The notes below the pieces were generated by a model. It made no database searches. It saw nothing but the letters and a program-made list of their open reading frames with translations, and was not told the DNA's origin. From the NCBI GenBank assembly GCA_013115125.1, contig JABANN010000145.1, forward strand, positions 1 to 62,203: DNA of 62,203 nucleotides, written 5' to 3'. This stretch comes from Perkinsus olseni (Eukaryota). How positions within the stretch are numbered: position 1 is the first letter of the stretch; each line of letters begins with the position of its first letter. Shown in pieces: positions 40,984-55,100 of this stretch. A program made the translations under genes and the position numbers.

Positions 40984-43900
40984 TCAAATAAACTCGCTGC
41001 CGTCCTCATCCATCTCTGATCTCCCCGAAGGCGAGTCGTCCTAAAAAACGCATTCACAAGCCGCAAAGAGGAGGGTATCTTTACTTCTGAGTGACGCATG
41101 AGTGACATCAAGATATCATCAGTAGTCTCCACTGAGCTCTCTTGCCTCGGAGGTGCAGCTGTCCTTATCCTGGCAGCTTCCTCGGCGCCCGTCCACACCA
41201 CCACTGTCGAGTCGTCCGAGACGGAAACGACGCAAGGGCTGAGATTGAACCGGGATGATCGGAGGGAATAGTTGAGGATATTCCGCCGATCTCATCATGC
41301 TACGATGAGAAGCTACGCCAGTGGCGGATGGAAAGAGGACGACGCATGAAGGATCGGGTCTCAGATGGCAAGACTCTAACCGGAAGACTACTCTATCTCA
41401 ATCGACAGTTCTATATCATCTACACCTTTTCCCGAGCAAATAAAATATTTTTTCATTTGATTATCAAAATTATCATCCAGAGGGAAAATTTTTTTGGTCT
41501 ACATACAGCCCGCCCGGGGAAATAATTTTACCATAATTTTCTGGAATTTTTCTATAAGCACTTCATCTCAACCTGTACTATCGGGTAAGCATTGTCAAGC
41601 ATATCCCGCTGGTCCTATCTTGCTCCGATAAGAAGCTACGCTGAAGCTAGGTGGCGGATAACAGTACGACGGCAAATGCAATATTGAAATCCAGCAGGCA
41701 AATGTGGATTAAGTTATGTTCCCAAACAGTCGGTCTCTAACAAAATATCCGTTTCGAAATCATCGGCATATCGACGACACTCAGCTCTCCACGAGTTGGG
41801 CGATGATGCCCTCAGAGGAAGGCCATGAAGAGAGGCATCCGACTTGTCCGTCAAGGAACAAGATACATCGGTGCTAGTCTGATTAGACCGGTTTCCGGCG
41901 TTGAACTCAAAACTCACACACACCGCTAGGAGGCCTACAGTTTCTTCTCATCGCCGCTTCGACCGACTGCGAGGCTTGGCAGCCACACGAGGGCGTTGAC
42001 GGTAAGATGGTGAGCGCCGCTAAGGACGTGCAGGAGGGCACTGCTGGCCCGATGCCAAATGAATATCTGACACAACGCCGAAGCATCCCCGCACTATGAA
42101 GATTCCTGGTTGAGAGCATATTTGCCACTGGGATAAAGGGAAGAAGGCCTTACTCGAACTTCACCTTATGGAAAAATAATTTTCCTGAAATTTCCCGATT
42201 TCACGTCAATCAAAAACAACGGTTCACGCAAGCCCGGCAAATTTTCACTCGGGATCGTCGCAAAGAGGGTACACCCATCACGTCTTTCCCTGCAAGTTAG
42301 GCCTACTCTCGCGTCATCGCTGCCCGACAGCACAAGGGAATCTTTTTCCCCGCCAAAGACACACTTCAAGTTGAAGCGACCTCTTGTGTGACCCATGTAT
42401 CTGTAAACCTTCCTGTCAATGACCAGAGTGAAAGGAAGATACCCTCACCTTCCTAAGGGCCGCCGCTCTCGTACGTTCCAAAGACGAATCATCGCCGGCT
42501 TCGAGTCCAAGGCGAAGAGAACCTCGAAAAATTCGTGTGGGCTCGCGATAATTTGGTCTCCTAGAGCTAGTAGCGACTGTCTCCGAGGTACTGAATAACT
42601 TGAAGGTTTTTTTTCACAGAAAAAGGTTCAGAAAAGATACAGCATGTTCGAAGGACTCGAGTCTGTTGTGTTCTTCAAGAAAGACGTGACGAGGAAGCGA
42701 ATTACACCAGTGGGTAAAATACGACAACAGCGGCGATGAGACACCGCGCTTTACACATTCCCAGACCCCATTAAATGAAGCCCAGAAAAAATTAGTAAAA
42801 TCCCAGAAGTTGGTCTGAAAATGCTGTAGTGATGAAAACAGCCCTACTCGTTTAAGGATCTGCAAACACTGTTTCTGGAGAACTGATTTAATTTGTGGGT
42901 CTCATCCACTACTATCACGTTCCAGTGACCAGAAGCAAGTCGCTTCAAAGAAAGTCGGAGCTCACCAAATCCGGGTCGTGTCTTGACGGTGTAATACAGG
43001 TTATCAAGGATGTCTCCGTGACCAGCCTCTCGATGCGGTACAGTACCTAACGAATGACGCTACTTTCAACTCAATCATCATTTTCGAGGAGATCAACTCC
43101 GCCGAGTACAAGTAACAACTGGGTCGAGGTTTTCCGCCATCGTATCATAGGACGTTTAAGTACCCCTGCAAGCTCTGTCTCCTTTGTCCTCTCATAGCTA
43201 TTCATCCATCGTTCTCTCTATACTCTGTTCATCAGAGTTATTCTACTGTTAGCTTAACAGTGCACCCGTTTCATAGTGAGAACCATACTTCGACCACCTC
43301 CACTTCCCAAGACTGATGCTGTTTTTCTGCTCACGCTCGGGGAACGTTAAAGACGTACACAGGCACCAACATCGGGCTACGACGGCTTCAATCGCGTTCG
43401 TTCAAGTACCACAAATCCGTGAAATCACCCCGTGAAAGTCCAATTTCTTGAACGAAGTGCAGTATACTGACTCAGTAAACGACTCGAATGCCTCCCTATC
43501 ATGGGGCTATCCCGCCGCGCGAGCGCGCGGAGGGAACCCAACTGTAGAAGTGCAGTTGAGGACGGTGCCAAACACCCGAGTTGACAGCTCACCGAGAATC
43601 CACTTTCACCGCCGGAAGAGGGTCCCCCAGTGTCATTCAACCCTGTTATAGCTGCCAGCTGCCGACCAGAAGCCACCCACAAACTGCTGCCGGACAGCGG
43701 TGCGAAGCAGATATCATGAACTCTCGCTCGGAGACGGACCGTGAGGAGAACCTACCAACGGGTAAGCAGTCTAAGCGTTCAACTTCAAAGACCCACTCGA
43801 TTCTCCTCAACATCAGAGATCACGACCGTCTTGTCGTGTCCAGCAGAAACAACCTGAAGGACACACCACTAGCGACACTGAGCTGCCGTTCCGCCCTGTG

Positions 43901-45318
43901 TCTCGGTTCGAGAAGAACCGCCGGAAAAACCTAGTTTCTCGATCTTCACCTGCGTTCGGCAACCCGGTCGCCATACGACCTGAGTGACCACCTCAGAGTG
44001 GGCATCAATGGTGCAGTGACAACCGCCTGATGAGGACGTCCGACTTCTCCCAGTATCTGTCACACACTCGTACCGATGAGAAAAGCTTCTTAACAAACCG
44101 ACTGATCAACGCTGCAGAACGTCCCTAACTGAGCACATCGGCGAGGGTCTAACTAAACCGGAACCGGCCTTTGATTACAAACTCACACTAGAGGCCAGAA
44201 AGCTGCGGAAGGATTCTTTACAATCTATCTCATCACACTGCATTTCAACGCTACAGAGAGCCCTGAGCACATCGGCAAGATTCTGACCGGAATCGTAAGC
44301 GTCGGACTATAAATTCACACAGGCCCGTGACCCTCCCGCCCATGCCCACCTCTGAAAGTCGTTGGCATCTTCCATATTTTCACAGCACCATCGTTCGCCC
44401 CGGACGCTAGGTAGGTATCATCACAGTTGAAGCTGCAGACTGCACACTCATCCTCATGCCCGATCAGTGTATCCATCTGAAACCGTTACTTGGTTGAGTA
44501 ACTTTGTATCATCCCCGCTTCAAGCTAAGATACCAAAGAAGCGCCGAATCGGTACGAAAATTCCAATAGGTACATTTCCCAGGAAAATTTTCCGGGAAAA
44601 TTCCGGAGGATTATTTTCCACGTAGCGATATTCAACAAAACACGACCATTCAGAATTTATGCTAAATCTTTCCCCAAAAAAGGGAACTGCGAAACGCTCT
44701 CCGGCGAATCAATTCCGACGAACTTCTCCCGAAAACACTCCAGTTCAAAACCACCTCAACCGAATGCTCACCCCAGTACTCGGTAACCCTCCGCCGAAAG
44801 ACTCTCCCGTCCTACATAGCGCAAGGATTCCCCATGCTTCCTGGCAGTCTCGATATTTGAAACCGTCCACAAAATTATGGTTTTATCCTTCCCACAAGTA
44901 GCCAACACTCGTCCGCTATTGGACAAAGCAACGTACCATACCTAGCAGTGAAGGTTCGCCAACTCGACGACTGCCGACCTGCCAGGATCTACCTCGTCCG
45001 AGTGCTTCCTTATGATCTCTGCTGGAGCCAAGGTGACCTTAGGGGAAGGGCAGTGGTGGTCCTGAGGGCACGATCATGATGGTGGCGTATCGAAGAATAC
45101 GCCATCAGAGCGAAGACATTATTTTTGGTTTCTCGGAAGACCACTATTGCGTAAAATTGGCGTGATGACAGCCGATGGCCTTGGTGGTGGCACCAAGTTG
45201 GAGCTGAGAGACGTGGCGATTATACCACGTAGAGCACGATGGATAAGGAAAGCTTCAATCGATTCCGAGGCGGAGCCAAGTTTCCGTGCTCACCATGGAT
45301 CAACCTAGGATTCGCCAT
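40984..45318 (-). CDS. WD40-repeat protein, WDR26/GID7-like, multi-exon
   Basis: GHEDECAVCSFN...LASGANDGAVKIW, GHTRGRFNLKCVFGG...VLSGSDDAR|IFIWHR...HHLTVNAL and SVSDDSTVVVW. The GH..GRF...C.FGG segment is characteristic of WDR26. Confidence 0.8.
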
Positions 45319-48300
45319 GTCATCGATGAACAACTAACTACCATGAAAGAATGAAAATTAACGTTTCACCGGTATCACCCGAACTACAGTTTTTAAGTGG
45401 GGGAAAAATTCAAAGCGACGATCGCACAGATTCTTCACATTTTCCTCTTCCACCCAACCTTATTAATTTCTACTATTTCTCTGATGAAAACAGTCCTCTC
45501 TGAAAATGACTCCGACTCTTGACGGCGCTCTCCCCAAACCCCAAATACGAAAATTCGTGAGACGACTCAACCGCTAGTGGAATTAATACCCGTCGTATGA
45601 ACACCGCAGCGAACCCCAGTCCCAATCGATCAACCCCTATCGAACCCACCCCTCACCCGAAGCAAAGAAGCGTCTCCTTTCTCATCGTAGGCCAACTCAT
45701 GATGGATGCAACGATCCACCTGATACTGCTGCGCGTACCTGGCAGAATCGCTCCGGGAAGGGGCAAGACCCAGCTGTCCTCACTCTAACAGGGTCATCAA
45801 TCGCCCCGGTGGCACGCAGACTTCCGCAGGCAGCTGAGCTCGGATGCTTTCCCAAAGCTTCTCTCGAGATCGCTGAGGAAGGGGTCGAATACATATTCCA
45901 TGCTGAACTGCGAACCGACGTAATTACGGTGGCAAAACCAGTTGGCTCAACTGAGTTGAACATGCGAAGAATCTTAATGAATACAGAGTGTTACCTTGAA
46001 CCCAAATACTTCCCATACCGCAAGTTTCAATAATCTTCTCGGATGCCAGAATCGAGCATTTTTGGCGGGAATTTTTGTCCCGACTCGAAAAACGGGTAAG
46101 AATCAACCACTATTTTGCAATTAACACACAGTACATGTATGATCCATTCGCCTACCTCAGCATTCCAGCTCCTCTTCCCTTCTAAAGACTTACACTCGCC
46201 AAGTTCGATATCAAATTCCCCACCACTGGCATAGAGCAGCCGACTGAAAGCAACCACGATTTGACGGAGGGACCAGCAGCACCAAATTCACTTAGCGTTG
46301 TCATGTAGCCTCGAGCTCAGAATTTCATCTTCCTCAGCGAGGGCGGCCAAGGCTTGCAGGGCTTCTACCGCCCTTCTCGCACCTTCCGTGTTATCCCAAC
46401 CTTCCTCGTGTATTGCCTCGATCGACCAAAGATACTCCCGGACAGCTTCGAGGAACCTCGAGTGATGACAATAATTAAGTAATGAGTATGGGGTGAATTC
46501 AGAAATATTCGCCAAACCGACGCCGTCAGGGTTCGGCACACCCACGGGTAGCGTACACCTGAAGTTGATAGATTTCGACGACTGAGCTATGCTCCAATCG
46601 CGGAGCTCTATCACGGGTAGCGCTCATACGGCTGAGATCAGACATGTGCACGACCGTGTGTACATAGTCACGTTCTCCGGCGGACTTTCACCCGCGATCC
46701 CCCCTTCGCGAAAAACGGCACTTCACACGTTAGGGGCGACACTCCCGTAAGTTCAATCAACTTAGTCGTGAAGACTTCATTTGAACGAACAAACAAAGAA
46801 GCACATAAGGAAGCGTACACGCTCCGGTCAAGCGTCCCAACTCTCTCCAGATCATACTTCACAACCTCGAGTTCTGGGCTCCCATGATACTATCCCCATG
46901 CCAAGTTCGGACGAGGTGGATGGCAAGTCCGACGGAGGCCCCCGTCCTACTGCTCTTCCCTGATATCAAAACCCAATAGTTTCTTCACACTGTCATCATC
47001 AATTTCCAACGTCTCCAGGCTGGCCAAGGCCTGGCAGGATATCATATCTTCTATGTGGTGCAAGGGTCAACCTCAGGATACTCTCACTTCGTCCCACAGG
47101 CCACTCGTGATCTGTTTCCTCATCAATATAACCTCTCCCCTAGCTGACACGCAGCCGCTCTCCCGCGACAGGACCGAGGCTGCCTCCTCGTACCTGTGAT
47201 GACCATCATCAACATATCTACGCTCTGAAAAATTCTTGGAAAAAAGTACATCTTTTAATTTTTCCCGACATATCTCAAACGATGGAGCCAATCAGTTGCT
47301 ATAATGATACAGTAACATTATATCGACTGAGGGTCCCATTGGGGCCTCAGGCCCGCGCCTCAAGGCGTACAACATCCCGTTCGGTCGGTGCCGAGGCGCC
47401 CGAGACGCACCAGTTCAAGCCAGGCTTACCATAGTACGCCTCAGAACGCACCGCCGACCCTCGATTCACTGGCGCAAGCCTTGCAGCAGTGCGAGCTGCC
47501 TTTTGACCGTAATGGGCCTTGAAGAACGGTACTACGGTAATCTCTTAAAGGACTCAGTCTCGCTTTGAGCGACTTGCTCATAATCTGCCGCGCGACTTAA
47601 GTGGAGTAAAAGACCATCTGTGCCATGGAACTCCGTACATCACACTCACTGAGTGGATACGTAGCGCGATACTGTCAGCGTATGATGTACTACTCGAAGC
47701 ATAGGGCTTATCCGCGATAAGAATTAGTTGTAGACATCGAAGTCCGAAACTCCAAGTTCCCACTCTAGCTGAGGGATCCTTCTCTCGGCTATCAGGCTAG
47801 AGTCACCCCCGGCTGGCAGGCTGTCCGCCACTCGCCCACAAATTGAAAAGGTGCCTTCGGTGACTTTGTTGATGCCTTCCATAATATCATACCTTTCACC
47901 TCCCCACAAATTATCAATGGCGGGGAACCCGGATCATCTCGTGCACACTTCTTTTATTTCATCAAGCCTATAGCTCTCCATCGTTCTCCTCAACCTTGTC
48001 GAAACTCGGCCGTATGTTGAGAATGCTTTCTCGCAACTAGCACTGGACAAAGAGTTGATCAGAACGGTACCGGCGATAATAGAATGTAGAGGCAGCTGGA
48101 TTCACCACTGCAATCACCAACCACGAATGTGGGCAGAAATTCGTCGCAACGCCATCCCACTTCGGGAGATATAATCCCCAGCTTTCTAAATGCCTTTATA
48201 CGAGTCGGAATTCGACTAGCATGTCATCGGCACACTGGCCGAGACCCACAGCTAGTTTTGAGCTCTGCCATAATGATCCGCCGTAATGGCTCATCCGCCT

Positions 48301-48507
48301 AACATTCACGCTGTCACTTCGGAAAATCTCTCCTTCAGATCGGTCACAAGATTCAACGCATACTCGCGAAAAACTTCGCACCCGGCCTTAGCCACAGCTT
48401 GCCTGGCCTTTCTCGATACTGGCAGATCAGTAAGTCCAAACCATACTGGCCAAGCTGACCATACTGACTTCATACTCCTGTACAAGTTCTGCCATCTGAG
48501 CCACCAG

Positions 48508-48548
48508 CTGACTGTCATACAGGCTTAGTGAGCCTGTATGACAGTCAG
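48508..48548. repeat. Perfect 18-bp inverted repeat with a 5-nt loop
   Basis: CTGACTGTCATACAGGCT tagtg AGCCTGTATGACAGTCAG. Confidence 0.95.
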
Positions 48549-48845
48549 ATCGTCAAAGAGAGCCGATAGCTCTGCCATGATGACAGTAGTTTAGTTGATT
48601 GCATGCGTAATTGATGTTGAACTTAGTACTTTAAAATACCAGAGAAAGTTGACCACATCTCTGCAGAACATAGCCCATACCAACCACTAATTGTTGATGT
48701 ATAGCGTGTATCTTGCGGATCTAATACCAAAAGTTCACCTCATAATTCGCTTTACTAGCAATTCTTGCCGTTGAACTCGGACAAGCCTCTTCAGAATCGA
48801 CCAAACTATGAAGATAGTCTGAAGATGCACATTCATCGCCATTGC

Positions 48846-48890
48846 AGCGCGGCGCTATAGTTCTACTTAGTAGAACTATAGCGCCGCGCT
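48846..48890. repeat. Perfect 22-bp palindrome with a 1-nt centre
   Basis: AGCGCGGCGCTATAGTTCTACT t AGTAGAACTATAGCGCCGCGCT. Confidence 0.95.
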
Positions 48891-50511
48891 TAGTAGAATC
48901 TACTATCGCCGGATTCAAGATGTAAGGATAATCTAGATCGAATGAGGCGCTCCGACGTAATCCACTTATTATATCCATTGGAGTTTCACCCACGCTATGA
49001 AAAACAATAGCGAAAACACATTCCGCATTTCACAGACTGCGGTTTTCGCGCTTTTTCACTTTCTCAAAAACGGCACGTCGCGTAGTACGGGTGAAACTCC
49101 GAAGTAGCGCTCACTCAGCTTGAACTGTTCCTTTATACATCGGCCAGGACATCGTCCAGTTAGCCTCGTATTTTCGCTCAACGGGCGCCACCTGCTTGCG
49201 CGTCAATACACACTAGTGAGCCTATGCATTCGACAAATTTTTCCCGAAATTTCCGCGGTGGCCCGCCCAAAGGACAAACTCCGGACCGTGGCCACCGCCC
49301 TACCCTAAAAATCTCACCCGAGTTGCTCCAGCGCATCCACCAGCAAGGACGCAACCTCAAGGCCTCCATCTGCAGTTCTCCGTACCTGCAGAATTTTTTT
49401 CTCACTAACGCCTAGTATCAGCCATTACCTGATCGACTCCGTCCGGAGACATCCCAGAATCGATTCCTTCCCGCCCTAGGGAACTACCGCTCCTCTTCCT
49501 GTGTCGTTTAACTGCCGGGCTGCCCGCTTGTGAAGTCGAACTTTCCGATGAATTTGAACTCGGCGAGGGTCTCTTGAGATTTCTGTCGGACTGCTGTCGA
49601 AGGGCTGAATCCATAGATGCCCCGGAGTGACCGGGGTGTCGGTAGTAAACAACAGCCCAGTCTGGCTCTGCAATCACTGGAACACAACAGTAGTGATCCC
49701 GATGAGACTCATAAAAAGAAAGCCGTACCACATTAACAAATACTACTAGCGGTAAAGGGACATACATGTCCATTGTAGCCCACACAATCACAATCACGTC
49801 CTACTGCTCTTCCCTGATATCAAACCCCAACCGTTTTCTTTACACTGTCATCATCAATTTCCAATTTCTCCAGGCTGGTCAAGGCCCGACAGGGATTCGT
49901 GTGTGGCGCAAGGATCGACCTCAGAGATTTTCACCTCCTCCCAGAGACGACTCTTGATGATCAGGACTTGATCTGTTTCCTCAGAAATCTTGGGTCGAGA
50001 CGGAAACAGAAAATGGTTAGAAAATGCTCATGCATCATCATTGATCCGTCAGCCTCTCGTGGCTCTATGCCAAACTCAAGCTTTGCGGATAATCTAGAAC
50101 GAACAAGGTCTTCTGACATATTCCTCTGTTATACAGGGAGTATGCATCGAACTCTGGCGTCACATTTTCTATGATATCGAGTCTGCCTGGCCCAATTTTC
50201 ATCGTCAAACACTCATTTCTCGCCGGCGGAAACACGCTCAAAGTTACTCATCGCCCATAAAAAACACCGCTCTACCCCAACAATCTTCAGCTTCTTGAGC
50301 CGTCGATCTCACTCATGTTATCAATAAGTCTCCTGTGAGCGAAATCCCTCGGTGTCCACTACACCATAAGGAGATTAAACTCATTCATTCACAACCTACA
50401 TTTCGGCAGCCGGGATGCGGAAACTCCCTGCGCTCGAGAGGGCGAGCCCGATCCGAGGGCGAACGAGATAGCGACTAGAGCGACTGTTGTGGTTTTCCCG
50501 TCTCTTGAGCC

Positions 50512-50856
50512 ATGAAGTGGATTATCCCAACTCGGCTCGTCGATGCTGTCGGCGGGTCTGTCATAAGAGAGAAGTTTTACCTGGAACCAGGCGTTTATGT
50601 GAGTGACGATCAGCTACCTGGTGATCATAACATCACCGTAGCGGTGGCAGCAGATCAGACGCTGCAGCTGAGAGTGGACGCGGGATATGAAGTTCTCGAA
50701 TCGCCGAAGCTGGAAAGCTACCCAGTCAATGGAGGTTACAGAGGCCTAGCCCAGGAAAGCAACAATAACGCGTTGTTCGGCGGCTTCTGCAGAAAGCTGG
50801 AGAAACTCTTGGGTGTGTACGTGAGTAAGGAATTTTTCAAACTCGAAAGCCCCTAG
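50512..50856 (+). pseudogene. Truncated 'PGVYVSD' family copy 3
   Basis: Closely matches the first ~105 codons of 3825..4742 and its upstream region, then breaks off into unrelated sequence. Confidence 0.8.
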
Positions 50857-50879
50857 TACCATTCCTTACTTCATCCACT

Positions 50880-51085
50880 CCACCCGGAGACATCTCAAAA
50901 CCGATTCTCTCTCTCCCTAGAGGGCTGCCGTTCTCCTTCTGTGTCGTTTAACTGCCGGGCTGCCCGCTTGCGAAGTTGAGTCCCTTTACGACGAATTTGA
51001 ACTCGGCGAGGCTCACATGAGATTTCGGTAGGACTGCTGTCGAAGAGTGGAATTCATAGACGCCCCGGAAAGGCCGGGGTATCGG
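50880..51085 (-). repeat. Diverged duplicate of the hAT-remnant 5' end (49440-49640)
   Basis: Both copies share gtgtcgtttaactgccgggctgcccgcttg and gaatttgaactcggcgagg. Confidence 0.8.
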
Positions 51086-52198
51086 AAAAGTTCTATCCGA
51101 AAAATACGTCCATCGTTCAGAAAAAATTTCCAGAGCTGATCTAAATCATTTAAGTTACGAACAAAGTACATTTTTTGACCGGACCATATGACACCGGAAA
51201 GGTCTATGTTACGAAGAACATTACAGATGTGGCGAAGTCAGGCTGAAAGAAAGCATGACCGCGGAATTTCCGAAACTTCATTGAAATTTCATGTCCACGC
51301 CCTGGTCTTACCGCCCTGTAATCACTGAAACACGAGAGTTGTGATTCTGACGCTAAGCTCTCCCACAAGATTATCTCACATCGTTTTTCCCATTTTTTGT
51401 CATTCATTGCGATCTTGAATCTGAAATTTGAAATTCCAGATTTGATGTTCAATCAAGTATGCAGACAACCACAAATAAACACCAATTAGAATCTCGCTCG
51501 CCCTAGTAGAAAATCTGAGCATTACAATTACTACTCGCTCTAGAGGAACATGAGGACTGTGTGCCCATGCAATTACGGAGCCCCGCCTCCCGACCCAACC
51601 CAAGACCAGCAGCTCCCGGAAATCCTATCAGTACTTCGGACTACCGCTGACGTCGTTCTTCGTGCTTGCTCTCCCTACGTACCGCATCTCGCCGAGATCC
51701 CGATCGCGACCTTGATCGTCGGCGACCATCTCGCGAGCGGCTTCTCTCGCGGCTGCGTCCGCTCCTCCTTCTTTCCCTATGCCGATCCTTACGTTCCTGA
51801 TGAGCAAGGGGGGATATGCCCGGCCCTGATTCGCGTATCGACCCCGCAGGAGTCCTTTCACCGACTCCCCCAGCATATATTTATACAGGAGAAATCGATT
51901 CACGAAACTATCTTCGGTATGAGAGTGACCCTGAACGCTCGAAACAGCCATATCCAGCGATCAAAAATTGCGGTAGAACTGGCATCCGTGGGATTCGAAC
52001 CCGGAAACCCCATCTCTGGCGGTATTTTGCAAGCGCAAACTACCGTCGTCGCGATGGCCTAGTCTGAGATTATCTCGCGCAGTGTATGCACGACCATGAT
52101 GATGGTTTTATCGCCATTATTATAATAAAAGACTAGTTCAGAAGTCATGCAGAAATGAGATTATCGTATTTTATGGTACGGGAAAGTAAAAGAAACAT

Positions 52199-55100
52199 TC
52201 ACACAAGCTGCGGTTCGAGTCCCCACAGAAGTACCTCCTCCCGATCACTCTTCACTCGATGACCCTTTTTGTGCTCATGCCTGTGCGCATCTTTCGACTT
52301 CTTCTTTTTCTTCTTCTTCTCGCCCTATCAATATCCACCGTAAAAGCCAAGCCAACGCAAAGGCCACCCACATCATCCTCTTCCTGCTGCGCGTCCATCA
52401 GCCGGTGTGCGTTGATGGCCTGCTCGCAGATTCCCATCCAGCCTCTTATCTCGTCAGCTACGGCCTTAGCATATCGTACTCCCTGATCAACACGAACATC
52501 GTATACTACTTTGTGTGTTCGGTAGGCTCCCGCCCTCTACATCTGTCAGCTGTGTTACTGACTGACCTAGCGGTGACGAAAGGGTCGTCGGAAAATTACG
52601 GAGTAATCTCAGTAATGATGATTTCTATGGCGGAAAAACATAAATAAGAACACCCCCGCATTTTCATACCTCTATAGATGACGCGAAGACAGTCCCGAGG
52701 CTCTCCAGTTGCTTAGCAGCCTTCCCTGCGTCGTTAATCAGCTCCTCATCCTCAACAACAACTCTGTACTTATGCAGATTCTCGAAGAACAAACCTAGAG
52801 AAAAAATACGATTTCCCAGCTTGAAGCCGAGGGGGATGGGAAACGTCTCCTGAAGAATCCAATCCCTCACCAGGCGATTTCAACCTCGGAATGGTTTTCA
52901 TCGTGAGTGAGTCATAGAGTTCAAATACAATCTCGAAAAAGTTGGTAGGTTCAACCGGAGGAACTTCTATATTACCGGCCCCTTCCAAAGCGTTTTTCGA
53001 GCTCAGGCTAAGTCCAAGCACAGCGAGGTAGAACGAATCATGTAGAGTTCGGGTCACCTCGCTGTCATAGCAATGAATTCACACCTTGCTGATACGCGGG
53101 AAGAATTTTATGCTACCAGCACGACCACAACCTACCTAGTCTTTTCCACATCACTGCTCGCTGTAGTAGCAAGTTATCATCCAATATCGCATCAACTTTT
53201 TGATCAACCTGAAGATACAGCCTTATGATCGACCTTAGACATCCAGCTTCAGTCGAGTCCTCCGGAAAAATGGAGGCCTACCTCCGCCAGGCCGTCTCTT
53301 ATCCGAGATTTGATACTCTTGATAACGTCTATTGTACAAAACGCGCACGCCCTCTCCACAACTTTCCGATTCCCGGGTTTCTGCTCGCTCCCAAGATACT
53401 TTTGCAGCTCGGTAAGTTGGGCCTGAGCGCACAGCGAAGATTTTCAAACAGGATGCTCACGCGCGTATCTTCACCTGGAAACCGAGATTGGGGTAGACAT
53501 GAGGACGTTGCGCTTCCACCATCGAGAACGCTTCGCTGAAAGTCAAGCCTCGCAAGAACATAACGTACCTGCGAGAGATCCTAACCGAAAGTTAACTGCC
53601 ATTGTGAAATTATAACGCACGAATCTTAGAGGTAGAAATCCCATAGACGCTGGGGATGGGAGAGGTATTGACCAAACCTCAAACCCGCGGCCCGAAAACC
53701 GGGGCCTGAGTTTGGCAATACAGACCAGAGGTTGAGCGTGACTGTAGTGGGATAGCTACTCGCGTGTTGACCACACAGTCATCTCATCTCTAGTCCCCCA
53801 ACATCAAGGGATTATTTTGAGAAAGAAAAAAATTCAGTGCCGAAGGGCACCATTAGCTCAACAACACGATGCGAAGCCGTGCCTGGAGCTTCCGAAGGAT
53901 TCCTACCTCCGCACCATTCATGCGTTTCATGCCCGAATCCAACTTAGCGCACGCCCGATATCCAACCAATCCGACGATGAGCCAGGGTTCTATCCCCAGC
54001 TAATCGATTTCTCCTCCAAGAAACCGTGCCGTATTTCTCTCCATTGGAAATTTTCCCTATTGTGTTGCAGAGGCGAGGATGGTGATGATGAGCAAATCGA
54101 TCAGAACGCCGAACGTTTCAGTTAAAATTACACCATACTACTATAATCGCGCTGAAAGAAGAATCTGGCAAACTCTATTAGCCATCCAAAGACTCCCTTT
54201 TCTCATTTGCCATCCTAGTGTGCCCATATTTCCGCAACTAGATCAACCGTTTTTTGGATATATCTTATCGCGATTCCCCAAAATTTTTCCAAGTTTCGAA
54301 AGGCACTTCTTCTCACGAGCGCACGCGGAAAAATATATCTTCTTACGCGATCGCAATACTCGAGCTCCTCGACACTCCCTTAGAGCAGTGCACCAGCACT
54401 CGGTTATGCTCGTTGTCGTTCAATGCCTCATCAATGAAACCGAGGGCGCCGGGGAGGTCATCCAACAGGTTGTAGTCGGGAAGATCCCTCATGTTAACTC
54501 TATAGTACTTGAGGCGACCCTGGGTACGTCAAGCTCATCGACATCGACGAGGCCCGAGAACTACCTCGTACTTTGCAGGTAGTTGTGGATGTGCGATTAC
54601 TATATGGGTGATGTTGTAGTGCATCAACAACCTGAAAAGAATGGCGCCCAAGTGAGGCTACTACTGAGGAATCCTGGGATGGATAAGAATAGGAAAGGTA
54701 GCGGAGCTTTACTAAGGTTCGACAAGCCAGCGCTACAAACGGTCCAGGAATCAAGACGAGCGAAAAACCGCAAAGAAAACTTATTATCCTCTCCGAAACT
54801 AATTACCCAAGAAATTCCTGGGTCGAATAATGGGCTCACACACGCCGAGAGAAATGCCAAGTCAGAACGCCTTTCTTTTGGACGAAACAAAATTATTGGA
54901 GTTTCACCCGCAATACGCGAAGTGGCGTTTTTCACAAACTGGAAAACGCGGAAGTCGCGATATGAAGTCAAATCACTTCGCGAAAAAACTGTTTTATCGC
55001 GCAAAAAGGGGTGTACATCGCGTTCTTCACGTCATCATCGTTCTCATCCCGCACAGCACTTACTCGGAATTTCGCCTCGTGAATCCATGTGAAATTAAGT

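Larger units (their letters stand above)
47935..49614 (-). pseudogene. Decayed hAT-superfamily transposase
   Basis: C-terminal dimerisation motif LINSLSSASCEKAFSTYGRVSTRLRRTM (~47960-48070) and N-terminal TTF-finger-like ERKYEANWTMSWP (~49140-49180). The sequence between them has multiple stops and frameshifts. Confidence 0.7.

Noticed and set aside
46288-46614. USP Cys-box-like segment (GLANISE...REYL)
   Set aside because: There is no catalytic Cys and no His box was seen. The surrounding frames are broken, so it is left as unassigned decayed coding sequence.
51980-52233. Two tRNA 3'-half-like sequences (51980-52002 minus, 52209-52233 plus)
   Set aside because: The T stems are mismatched and no 5' halves or anticodon arms are present, so these are remnants at most.
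54079-55092. Plus-strand ORFs of 167 and 169 aa
   Set aside because: They are antisense shadows of the phosphatase gene on the minus strand.
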